From positions 39,321 through 103,320 of IMG/VR virus record IMGVR_UViG_3300029288_000109: a DNA stretch of 64,000 nt; one strand, 5' to 3'. The notes beneath the pieces are model-generated. The model did no database searches, was not told the origin of the DNA, and saw nothing but the letters and a program-made list of their open reading frames with translations. The translations under genes and the position numbers were made by a program. This DNA comes from a virus. Its lineage: Duplodnaviria; Caudoviricetes. Positions 48,867 through 57,645 of the stretch are shown here, one piece after another (the first letter of the stretch is position 1; every line of letters starts with the position of its first letter).

Positions 48867-49584
48867 ATCCTATAAAATTACGGTCAAGTTTCTTGCAAGC
48901 CACCCCAGTGGTTCCAAGACCAGCAAAAGGGTCTACAACAACATCATAGCGATATGTCAACTGTTGTAACAACCTGTATGGCAATTCAACAGGAAACATA
49001 GCTGTGTGACCCATTGCTTTTTGTTTTGTTTCAGGTGCCATCGTCCACATTGCAAGACTATTCTTTATAAACTCGTCTCTAGAAACAGTCGCTTCTCCCT
49101 TATCACGTCGCTTTGTTGTCTCTTTGGCAAACACCATAATATACTCAAACGGAGTTGGAAAAGACGGGCACGATGGAGACAACCACGATCCCCACGATGT
49201 TCTATTACCTATCTGACTCTTGTTCCAAATTATGGTCGTCATTGGAATATAATTCAATTGTCTAGACATAAAATAAATAATATCAACATGAGTAGGAATA
49301 GCGCCATTTTTTCGATCTCCTATATTAATAGCAACTCTTCCGCCACTTTTCAAGCGATAATACAGTTTTTCAAAAATACTTTTAAGCCACCCTATGTACT
49401 CTGTATGCTCCCGATTATCATTATACAGGTCATATGACTCTTTATGATACTTGTTGTTGCCAAGGTCCACGTTATAAGGAGGACTTGTTATAACCATATC
49501 TATCGAATTTTCACGCAAGCTGTCAATTAATAGTAAACTGTCCCCCTGTGTCACTAACTGGAACACTGGCGTCCTCCATTTCAA
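48787..49584 (-). CDS. DNA amino-methyltransferase, beta class (N4-C/N6-A)
   Basis: GDS, TSPPY, HTAMFP, DPFAGLGTT, FIGFEL. Confidence 0.92.
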   Translation of the reverse strand: MKWRTPVFQLVTQGDSLLLIDSLRENSIDMVITSPPYNVDLGNNKYHKESYDLYNDNREHTEYIGWLKSIFEKLYYRLKSGGRVAINIGDRKNGAIPTHVDIIYFMSRQLNYIPMTTIIWNKSQIGNRTSWGSWLSPSCPSFPTPFEYIMVFAKETTKRRDKGEATVSRDEFIKNSLAMWTMAPETKQKAMGHTAMFPVELPYRLLQQLTYRYDVVVDPFAGLGTTGVACKKLDRNFIGFELSADYAEKANKRISETQGGFEQNG

Positions 49585-50126
49585 GTATGATTTTTTTCAA
49601 CCTGTACGTTGCGTCAACCTTCTTGAAATCAAAACCATTAATCATTATATCGGACTGCATCAACTTAGCCGCCACAGCTATAAGTATCATAGGGTCTTTA
49701 CACACCAGTTTCAACAAAAATTCTTTTATTTTTATTAACATGTTATATGGCCCCATTCGGAACATATAGGCTGCTGCCAGGCTGCTGCGCCTGTTGTGCC
49801 ATCATTGCTTCTTCAACCGCTTTCTCAAAGTTAAGCTCCATCACTTTCAGAATTCCGACAACAACCCTGCAAAACGACAAAAGACTTTTGTTCTCTTCGA
49901 GCTCCAAATCAACACCATCGTGTTCAGCAACAAGTTTGACTATCTTATCAGAAACTCTCCCAAGAACACCGCGCTGACCTTCCTTAACATCAAAACCAGT
50001 AATCTTTTCTCCTGCTTCCTTAATCTGCTCCCATGGTATTGTCTGCAATATAGCATTCATAACCTGTTCAATCGGAGCATCCTGTGTCGTTATAATCGGA
50101 TTAGCCATTAAATATCCTCCACCCAT
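49523..50126 (-). CDS. two hypothetical proteins (49523-~49742, 49743-~50108)
   Basis: packed ORFs. Confidence 0.5.
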
Positions 50127-50578
50127 TTAGGATAAACACCAAGCCTTATTTTGTTTTGTTCAATAGCATTAGCTCTTATCATTTGTATATGAGGGTAGTC
50201 TTTGAAACTAGTCCAATCACCGCCCCAGAAAAGACCAAGCTTTTTAGATATAGCACCAAGCTTACTCCATGGCAACTTCATGTCCCATGACCAATTACCC
50301 TTATTGTCTTTTCCTACAAAATCAACTGCGACCCCATACGTGTGCATACCAGCGGTCTTAACCTTTGAATAACCCTTTTTATAAAGCTCAAGCTGCCTTG
50401 CGTTAGATCTGAATGTTTCATAAATATAAAATGGCAACTTCTGTTTGGCAAGCTCCTGCTTCACTTGTATAACTTTTTCACGAAACGGCGGATAAAGCAA
50501 ACAAATCTGTTCCTCGCCACACCACTTTGGAGATTTAAAAACATCGGACTTCACAATAACTTCTTTATACCAGTTCAT
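50108..50578 (-). CDS. M15 family peptidoglycan peptidase (endolysin-like)
   Basis: FRS...Q..LY, HTYGVAVD, WGGDW..FKDYPHIQ. Confidence 0.88.
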   Translation of the reverse strand: MNWYKEVIVKSDVFKSPKWCGEEQICLLYPPFREKVIQVKQELAKQKLPFYIYETFRSNARQLELYKKGYSKVKTAGMHTYGVAVDFVGKDNKGNWSWDMKLPWSKLGAISKKLGLFWGGDWTSFKDYPHIQMIRANAIEQNKIRLGVYPKWVEDI

Positions 50579-50671
50579 ATCACGCCTCCTAAATGCGCCA
50601 GATGTTCGCCTTTGTATTTATCCACTACTTTCGTAGTTAGAGTTTCAATACTCAAGCTATCTCTGGACTAA

Positions 50672-50743
50672 TGACCCTGCGGAGAATCGAACTCCGATTA
50701 CCAGGGCGAAAACCTGGTGTATGATCCATTATACTACAGGGCC
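50672..50743 (-). tRNA. tRNA-Glu(UUC)
   Basis: CCAGG-TTTTCGC-CCTGG. Confidence 0.9.
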
Positions 50744-50745
50744 AA

Positions 50746-50817
50746 TGTGATCGACGGGACTTGAACCCGCACCCTCTGCGTTCACAGCGCAGCGCTCTGC
50801 CTTGAGCTACGACCACC
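50746..50817 (-). tRNA. tRNA-His(GUG) with encoded G-1 and A73
   Basis: CTGCG-CTGTGAA-CGCAG; G-GTGGTCG/CGATCAC-A. Confidence 0.88.
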
Positions 50818-50840
50818 ATACATATTTTAATCATTTACAA

Positions 50841-50923
50841 TGGGCATGGAGGGAGTCGAACCCTCAAGGTTTTTAGCCACGTGGGTTTGAGCCACGCTTG
50901 GTTTCCAGTTTCAACACACGCCC
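50841..50923 (-). tRNA. tRNA-Leu(CAA)
   Basis: CGTGG-CTCAAAC-CCACG, variable arm. Confidence 0.9.
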
Positions 50924-50930
50924 ATAGGAA

Positions 50931-51851
50931 CTATTTTTTTAACCAAAAACCCTGTTTTGGTCTTTCTATATTAAGCTTATTGCATCTTTTAGCCACAGCC
51001 TTATCAGAAACCCCATATATTTTAGCAACATCACGCAATGGCATTTTATTAACATAAGAAATAAATTCTTGTATTTCTTCTTCTGTGTTAGTTTTTAGTT
51101 TTTGTTGCGCCTTGTGTGCGCACTCTTGAGAACAAAACTCATTCCTTTTATTATCAAATTCTTTACCACAATAAATACATTTATTTTTTATCTTGTTTGT
51201 TTTAGGGGCAACATCTTTTTGAAATTTTACCTTCCTGCTTCTGTGACAATTGACTCTTGGTATATATGAATAATCACTATCGTTATATACCGTTAAATCT
51301 ATAAAAATAGTGTTTGTTTCCTTCAAAAACGAAAAAGTCAAAATTCTACGTAAATTATCCCATTCAACATCACTAACACAATTATCTGTTTTCTGTGAAA
51401 ACAAAAACCAATGTAATTTAGTATGCGCCACCCTACTCATAATTAATAAATTCCTTGCAGAAAAATTTTTAGGGTTCTCGTCTATATGATGAACTACCTC
51501 ATTAAACTCAAGTTTTCTTCCTACTATAGACTCGGCTACAAGCCTATGAACATGACGTTCTCCATCATAAATATATTTTCCGAGTTTGCCATGCTGATTT
51601 TGTCTACAAATAAGATGGCAACTTTTACAATACCGCTGATTCTTTTTCCACAACCTAATTTCTTTCCCACAATTTTTACAATTACTTATGCCATACCTCC
51701 CTCCCCTATTTTTGAGTTGTTCCCCAACTCTCAAATTAAAACATTTTCTACAATATTTTCTATCTTTTAAACTTTGTTCGCCACATTTTATACATATGCC
51801 TTTTGGCACATTAATCACCGTTATTAATTCAAAGTTTCTCCACCTGGGCAT
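50931..51851 (-). CDS. HNH homing endonuclease with zinc fingers and C-terminal HTH (likely GTG start ~51809)
   Basis: HRLVAE...EVVHHIDENPKN...NL; YGVSDKAVAKRC..GFW. Confidence 0.88.
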   Translation of the reverse strand: MPRWRNFELITVINVPKGICIKCGEQSLKDRKYCRKCFNLRVGEQLKNRGGRYGISNCKNCGKEIRLWKKNQRYCKSCHLICRQNQHGKLGKYIYDGERHVHRLVAESIVGRKLEFNEVVHHIDENPKNFSARNLLIMSRVAHTKLHWFLFSQKTDNCVSDVEWDNLRRILTFSFLKETNTIFIDLTVYNDSDYSYIPRVNCHRSRKVKFQKDVAPKTNKIKNKCIYCGKEFDNKRNEFCSQECAHKAQQKLKTNTEEEIQEFISYVNKMPLRDVAKIYGVSDKAVAKRCNKLNIERPKQGFWLKK

Positions 51852-51855
51852 TACA

Positions 51856-52392
51856 TCAATTGTATTCGTTTGGTTCTACACCGAGATAAATAGACCAAAT
51901 TTTTTTGGAGTATTCGTCGCATCTGGGGCCAATTTCAGCAATAATATATTGCCTTAATTTTGGAGCATAAGGGGCCCTATTCAAATGTAAGCCAGAGTTT
52001 TTAAGACTTTGGTGTCCTTTTTTTACGTTACATGGTTTGCAACTGGTTGTCACATTATCCCAAACAGAAATACCGCCACTACACTTCGGAATAACATGAT
52101 CTATGGTCAAGGTATTAATATCGCCGCTTTTTCCGCAATATTGGCAAGTAAACTTATCCCTGATCATAACGTTCTTTCTTGAAAACTTAACGGGCTTGGT
52201 TAAACCAAAGTGACGATTAGCCACCGTAATAACCAGAGGAACCTTAATTTGAACAGAAGGGCTGCGCAAAACCTTGTCTGGGTGCTCTTCAACAACCGAG
52301 GCTCTGCCAGCAAACACCATAGAGACAGCCTTTTGAGAAGAAACCCATCCAATAAATTGATAACCCCTGTTAAGAACCATTGCTCTGCTCAT
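51856..52392 (-). CDS. HNH endonuclease, McrA-like family
   Basis: MVLN.GY, RDKFTCQYCG, TIDHVIP..SGG...WDNV..SCKPCN..KG. Confidence 0.9.
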   Translation of the reverse strand: MSRAMVLNRGYQFIGWVSSQKAVSMVFAGRASVVEEHPDKVLRSPSVQIKVPLVITVANRHFGLTKPVKFSRKNVMIRDKFTCQYCGKSGDINTLTIDHVIPKCSGGISVWDNVTTSCKPCNVKKGHQSLKNSGLHLNRAPYAPKLRQYIIAEIGPRCDEYSKKIWSIYLGVEPNEYN

Positions 52393-52407
52393 TTTAATTT
52401 CCCCCTA

Positions 52408-52482
52408 TAGCCCGTCCTGGTAACGATCCAGGTGCCTCTTGTATATCAGACAAGCGCTCTAAGCCATTTGAGCTAACGGGCC
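52408..52482 (-). tRNA. tRNA-Ile(GAU)
   Basis: CTTGT-CTGATAT-ACAAG; T-loop ATCGTTA. Confidence 0.88.
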
Positions 52483-52501
52483 ATTTTCTTTTTATTCATA
52501 G

Positions 52502-52580
52502 TGGCCGAGAAGAGAGTCGAACTCTTATGATTTCTCGCTATCTTCTAAAGATAGTGCGCCTACCGTTACGCCACTCGGCC
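52502..52580 (-). tRNA. tRNA-Leu(UAG), shortened T-loop
   Basis: CTATC-TTTAGAA-GATAG; AAGAG-TTCGA-CTCTT; GGCCGAG/CTCGGCC-A. Confidence 0.75.
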
Positions 52581-53423
52581 TTTATTTGTTCTTGTTCTGC
52601 TTCTTAAGTGTAATGACGCATGTTCAGAAATATCCATTATTTCCAAATTAGAAGGATCATTATTATCTTTGTTTCCATCTACGTGATGAACTATATTATT
52701 TTTAGTCAACCACCTACCGTCTTTAACAGAGGCAACATGTCTGTGTAATAAGACCACTCCCCTTTTATCACTTAATGGGTGCTCTTTGTCTATAAAAAAC
52801 CAATATCCGTGCAACATTTTGTCGTACTTTCTTACAACAAAACTCTTGTTGTATTCAGATGGTGTTTTAAATTTAACGCCTGGCTTAGGTCTTATTTCTT
52901 TAAAACAATTCGAGCAAACTAACAATAGGTTATCAATAACATGATTTGAATAATCACCATCCATATGAAGCACCTCTAACCAAACTTTACCTGTAGATGG
53001 AGTTATTTTATTATACCCACAACGCTCACATTTTTCACCACGAGTCTCAATTATGTGTCGTTTTACATAATTTGATACTTTAAAATCGGTTCCTCCTCGC
53101 TCCTCTCCGTTTAACCATCTTTTTATATATTCATCGTGATAATGCCTTGTTTTACATTTTATACTACAAAATTTTATCTTACCAGTTTTGTTATAAATTT
53201 CTTTGCCACAATACGTACATGTACCTGCTAAAAACATTTTAACACCATTAAAAATATATGCAACAACCCTATTGTCTAACACCGCCTTAGTATTATGTTT
53301 TCCAAATGGCGAACACTTTAAACAAAATTTTCTACTATTAATTATATGCGGAACATCATCTATTATAATACGATTAGGAAATTCATCACCACATCTTCTG
53401 CATTTTGGCATTTGTTCACCCAT
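52566..53423 (-). CDS. double-HNH homing endonuclease
   Basis: CERCG...LEVLHMDGDYSNH..DNL..VCSNC and HRH...GRWL...VHHVDGNKDNN..SNL. Confidence 0.88.
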   Translation of the reverse strand: MGEQMPKCRRCGDEFPNRIIIDDVPHIINSRKFCLKCSPFGKHNTKAVLDNRVVAYIFNGVKMFLAGTCTYCGKEIYNKTGKIKFCSIKCKTRHYHDEYIKRWLNGEERGGTDFKVSNYVKRHIIETRGEKCERCGYNKITPSTGKVWLEVLHMDGDYSNHVIDNLLLVCSNCFKEIRPKPGVKFKTPSEYNKSFVVRKYDKMLHGYWFFIDKEHPLSDKRGVVLLHRHVASVKDGRWLTKNNIVHHVDGNKDNNDPSNLEIMDISEHASLHLRSRTRTNKGRVA

Positions 53424-53458
53424 GTGTAGCTTAATTTATAACATTATTTTTTTAAAAA

Positions 53459-53535
53459 TCTGAGCGGGTAGATTTGAACTACCGAATTGTCCTGTCCCCA
53501 AAACAGGCCGGGTGGCCAGACTCCCGAACGCTCAG
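53459..53535 (-). tRNA. tRNA-Pro(UGG)
   Basis: CCTGT-TTTGGGG-ACAGG; C1-G72, A73. Confidence 0.9.
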
Positions 53536-53601
53536 TTATACACCCCGTTATATTTTATTTTGCCCGTCTTATTTTATTAGTAACATAAATTTTGTGGAAA
53601 A

Positions 53602-53793
53602 TCAAGTATTTTCTGAACTTTTTTTATTATCTGTGGAATAAAATCCATCGCCCTTAAACACAATCGGAACCGAAACTATGGTTTTTTCAGCAGCCCTGCC
53701 GCACACAGGGCACATCAAACTCTTTGTTCCAACTACTGCAAACTGGTCAAAATCTTTTCCGCACCCACTACACACATAATGATACAAGACCAT
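53602..53793 (-). CDS. FmdB-family zinc ribbon protein
   Basis: Y.Y.CSGCG..F...CPVCG...IVFKGDGFYSTD. Confidence 0.85.
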   Translation of the reverse strand: MVLYHYVCSGCGKDFDQFAVVGTKSLMCPVCGRAAEKTIVSVPIVFKGDGFYSTDNKKSSENT

Positions 53794-53975
53794 GTTTATA
53801 ACCTCTTAATTAGTTTCACAACGATGATAATAATAGCAATCAGTAGTAAAACATGGAAAATGCTACCAAAACCACTACTCACAACAAAACTATGCATAGG
53901 GAACATACCTATCAGCCACGCAATCACCAAAACCACAATCAGAAGCTCTACAATACCCATTTTACATCTCCTCAA

Positions 53976-54446
53976 TTATCCGTCTTTTCTTTCCCACTTA
54001 TACGGGACAATACTATCGTGCGGGTTTGCTCTAAATTCATCTGGGCCGCTATGGTCATACGGATTATTAATAATATTCAAAACCAAGCATTCTTTCTCGC
54101 TGATGCACTTAATACCGTGATAAACAAAAGAAGGGATATGAATAAGTTTAAGATTATGTTCACCCACCACAAACTCGTTAATAAGATTATCAGTTGGGGA
54201 CTTGCTTCCTCGACCATCCCACAAAACCACCTTGGCCATACCACTAATCACACACATATTGTCACACTGTTCTTTATGGTAGTGCCACCCCTTTACGACT
54301 CCAGGATAAGCCGTGGTAAGATAGACCTGACCAAACTTTTGAGTAAGGGTATAAGCAAAATCATCACAACGCAGAATCTCAAAAAGACGACCGCGCTCAT
54401 CTGCGTTAACCTTTAAATCCTTGACCGCCACACCATCAATAAGCAT
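53976..54446 (-). CDS. dTDP-4-dehydrorhamnose 3,5-epimerase family (RmlC-like cupin)
   Basis: DERGRL.E, YPGVVKGWHYH..Q.D, IP..VYHG. Confidence 0.9.
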   Translation of the reverse strand: MLIDGVAVKDLKVNADERGRLFEILRCDDFAYTLTQKFGQVYLTTAYPGVVKGWHYHKEQCDNMCVISGMAKVVLWDGRGSKSPTDNLINEFVVGEHNLKLIHIPSFVYHGIKCISEKECLVLNIINNPYDHSGPDEFRANPHDSIVPYKWERKDG

Positions 54447-55252
54447 TATATTGACACCCCCAATTTAGTTGCAAGGTCTCTTGCACCAGGTATATCATCA
54501 AGCCACTTATTAAAAACTATTGTGTCTTGGTTGCGCAGTTTAGTTGCTTCATCAAATGGTAAAACCCAGCACCCCCCACCAGTATCTCTATTTTGATAGT
54601 GAAAGCAAATAGCATCGGTAGCAACATAATTATCATATTTATTCAATAAAAATTCAAGAGCAAAAAGCACTTCTACACCATGAGAAATAACAGAAAAATT
54701 ATCTTTAAACCTAATCCCAGTTGTTCTATTAAACGCCATAATCCCAACTAAAAATTTAGACTTATGGTAAACAACATCAGAATTATATAGGCACAATTGG
54801 TCAATGTGTTTTTTCTCGCCCATTTCAAAATTATTATCAACGAATAATACATGCGGGTCTAAATATTTAGGAACTGGCATAATAGCCCCAACACATCCGA
54901 CATTACTCATATTTTCAAATGGATATAGAATTCTATTCAAAAATAACGAATCGCAATAATGATCGTCATCCATTTTAATAATCAAATCATATTTGGCTTC
55001 TTTAATGGCTACATTACGACTTCTAGCAGAACCACTTTTTTGTATATTCCTAATATATTTAAAATCTATTCCTTTATTTAATAATGCATCAAACATTTTT
55101 GTATTTTCTTCTACTTCATGGGCTTTTTTAGTACCATCATCAACAATAACAATTTCAAATTTTCCATCGAATTGCTGATATAGCAATGATTGTAATACTA
55201 CATTCAATCCACGTGGTCTATCTGATGTATTAATACACACAGAGCAATTCAT
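54446..55252 (-). CDS. glycosyltransferase family 2
   Basis: EIVIVDDG, SRN.AI, MDDD. Confidence 0.88.
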   Translation of the reverse strand: MNCSVCINTSDRPRGLNVVLQSLLYQQFDGKFEIVIVDDGTKKAHEVEENTKMFDALLNKGIDFKYIRNIQKSGSARSRNVAIKEAKYDLIIKMDDDHYCDSLFLNRILYPFENMSNVGCVGAIMPVPKYLDPHVLFVDNNFEMGEKKHIDQLCLYNSDVVYHKSKFLVGIMAFNRTTGIRFKDNFSVISHGVEVLFALEFLLNKYDNYVATDAICFHYQNRDTGGGCWVLPFDEATKLRNQDTIVFNKWLDDIPGARDLATKLGVSI

Positions 55253-55259
55253 AATATCG

Positions 55260-56384
55260 TTACCCCTTCTTAATTATATTTATAATAAATTGTATATTAT
55301 CATCTGTTAAAAAAAGATGGATCGGCAACGTCAATTCATTTTTACTCCATATGTCAGTAAATGGCAATTCTTTATGATACTCGTTGTAAATCGCATATGC
55401 ATCATTACGAAAATAATGAACACCAGGATTAACATCGTGATGCTTTAATTTTAATATTAATTCTTCTCGATTGTTGTTAACTAATATTGGATAAAAGTGG
55501 AAAGAACTTTTAGTATTAGTTTCGTTACAATCATATCCCATAATACTAATTCCATTTATATTTTTTAATCCATTAGCATACATTGTAGCAATTTCTTTTC
55601 TGCGATTATTGTCTTCGTCTAAAAAATTTAATTGATTAATGCCTATGGCCGCATTAATATCATTCATATGATATTTGTATCCAACATAATCAACATTATA
55701 CTTCCATAAATATTTACCACCAGTTGTTTCACCACTCCGTTTATGCGTATCCTTATCTATACCTAACCATCTTAACTTGAGTGCCTTCTGATATAGCTCA
55801 TCGTCTTTAACAACTAAAGCGCCACCATCGCCCATGGGTAAATTTTTTACAGCATGAAAAGAAAAACACGCAAAATCACCAAATGATCCACATTTTTTAC
55901 CATTATAAACCGAACCGCTAGCGTGTGCACAATCTTCTATCAAAATTAAATTATATTTTTTAGCTATCATAACAAATTTATCCATATTACACGGATAACC
56001 ACCAAAATGTACACAAACAATAGCTTTAGTTTTATTAGTAATAAGCTCTTCTACTTTACTTTCGTCTATACACCCATTATCAAGCGATATATCACAAAAA
56101 ATAGGAACACCGCCCTCGTATAAAATAACATGGTTTGTTGATACAAACGTATTAGCTGTAGTAATAACTTCATCACCCTCGCTAATTCCAGACAAAACTA
56201 TAGCTAAGTGTAAAGCCGACGTACAAGAGTTTACACAAACAACATTTTTTACACCAATGTATTCACCAAACTTTTGCTCAAACTCGTGTGTTTTAGGACC
56301 AAGACCTATCCATCCAGATTTTAATACATCTACTACATTTTGAACAGATTCATCTCTGATTTTTGGTTTAAATACCTGTATCAT
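55260..56384 (-). CDS. DegT/DnrJ/EryC1/StrS NDP-sugar aminotransferase
   Basis: GPKT.EFE, NSCTSALHLA, IEDCAH, FSFHAVKN...GDGG, GYKYHM. Confidence 0.95.
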   Translation of the reverse strand: MIQVFKPKIRDESVQNVVDVLKSGWIGLGPKTHEFEQKFGEYIGVKNVVCVNSCTSALHLAIVLSGISEGDEVITTANTFVSTNHVILYEGGVPIFCDISLDNGCIDESKVEELITNKTKAIVCVHFGGYPCNMDKFVMIAKKYNLILIEDCAHASGSVYNGKKCGSFGDFACFSFHAVKNLPMGDGGALVVKDDELYQKALKLRWLGIDKDTHKRSGETTGGKYLWKYNVDYVGYKYHMNDINAAIGINQLNFLDEDNNRRKEIATMYANGLKNINGISIMGYDCNETNTKSSFHFYPILVNNNREELILKLKHHDVNPGVHYFRNDAYAIYNEYHKELPFTDIWSKNELTLPIHLFLTDDNIQFIINIIKKG

Positions 56385-56938
56385 TATATTTTATTCTCCT
56401 TCTTCTTAATATCATATTCGTGCCTCATAATGCCCATAATAACAACGTCCCTATACGCATCTTCCTTAAATACGTGTTGTCGTTTTATACCCTCAATAAC
56501 AAAACCAGTATGTAGATGTTGATCTATTACTTGTTGATTATAATCAATAACCTCGCACCAAAATTTATTCATATTAAGGATTTCAAACACATAGAATATG
56601 GTTAAATTTTCAATTTCTCGTCCTAACCCCATTCCTTTAAAATTATTATCTATAAGTAATCTACCATATTCTGCTACCCTAGAAATATAATCTATATTTA
56701 CAACAGACGCAGAACCTACTGGTGTCCATATTTTATCTTCCTCTATTTCAGCAATAAAGTTTTTATCGCCTTTTGCAATAGCCTTCTCAATAAATTTTTT
56801 ATGCCCATATTTTGTTAATGGGTCTGAATTAAAAAAATAATGATGAATACCTTTTAAATTTCTCCACTTTAACATTAAATCGGCATCACAATCATCGTCT
56901 TCCATAAGTCGCAGTCTAATTTTGTCATTATAAATCAT
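56384..56938 (-). CDS. GNAT N-acetyltransferase (PseH-like)
   Basis: LKWRN, AEYG, GMGLG, GFVIEG..RQHV. Confidence 0.85.
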   Translation of the reverse strand: MIYNDKIRLRLMEDDDCDADLMLKWRNLKGIHHYFFNSDPLTKYGHKKFIEKAIAKGDKNFIAEIEEDKIWTPVGSASVVNIDYISRVAEYGRLLIDNNFKGMGLGREIENLTIFYVFEILNMNKFWCEVIDYNQQVIDQHLHTGFVIEGIKRQHVFKEDAYRDVVIMGIMRHEYDIKKKENKI

Positions 56939-56970
56939 ATAGTTCCATCACCTCACAGTAAAATAAAAAT

Positions 56971-57645
56971 TTATTTTATCCTTAATAGCCATCCATTTGG
57001 AAAACAAGAAAAAACAAATCTTTCTTCTCTACTTTTATCTATTTTAAAATTGTCGTTGTTGTAACTACGCATATAGTCATTTATGGCTTCATAAGGACCA
57101 TCTCCCCATCCTGGTAAAACAGGGTGCCCATTAATACCGCCATCTTCTACTACCATATACTGACCAACTGTAACAAGTTTACTATACAATATCATTTCAT
57201 TTAAAACGTGATCTTTTTGGTGATTTGAATCTAAAACAACCATAATTTTTTGCTCTTTATTAATAAAGCTAGAAATACTATTTATTATATCATTATCAAT
57301 AGACGATCCTACTAAAAACCTAATCCCTTTATTATCACCTATATTTCCCCTATTTGTTGGTTCTATATCAACGGTAATTACATTTCTGTCAATACCACAC
57401 AAGCTCATCATGTCTGAAAAAAATAGCGCCGATCCACCATAAGCCGTGCCTGTTTCAATAATAACATCTGGTTTTAGATTATAAATAATTTCATAGTAAT
57501 TCCATAGGTCGGTAGGATATTTTACACATCCAATACCCATCCACTTGTTTGCTTCTTTAATAAACATGTTTTCGGATCGTTCATTAACAATATGAAAAAA
57601 TTTTTCCACAATACGTTTTTCTTCGCTATTTAATAGGTTAAACAT
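56971..57645 (-). CDS. CmcI-family methyltransferase
   Basis: WMG..CVKYP.D, KPDVIIETGT..GGSA, VVLDS.H...HV..E, VVED, PNGWL. Confidence 0.9.
   Translation of the reverse strand: MFNLLNSEEKRIVEKFFHIVNERSENMFIKEANKWMGIGCVKYPTDLWNYYEIIYNLKPDVIIETGTAYGGSALFFSDMMSLCGIDRNVITVDIEPTNRGNIGDNKGIRFLVGSSIDNDIINSISSFINKEQKIMVVLDSNHQKDHVLNEMILYSKLVTVGQYMVVEDGGINGHPVLPGWGDGPYEAINDYMRSYNNDNFKIDKSREERFVFSCFPNGWLLRIK

Noticed and set aside
43038-50834. ORF-track extensions and ORFs running through tRNAs (43079, 44135, 44517, 46188 starts; 44216..44410, 44545..44736, 50652..50834)
   Set aside because: They overlap well-formed tRNA genes; protein-like sequence begins only at the ATG after the tRNA.
45790-52580. 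Suppressor tRNAs or stop-codon recoding
   Set aside because: Anticodons UGA, UAA and UAG read Ser and Leu codons; no CUA or UCA anticodon was seen, and long genes are intact in the standard code with all three stops used.
43518-53423. HNH genes inside group I introns of tRNAs
   Set aside because: Flanking tRNAs are complete and uninterrupted, and spacers are too short for an intron core; the single 3' fragment has no visible 5' partner.
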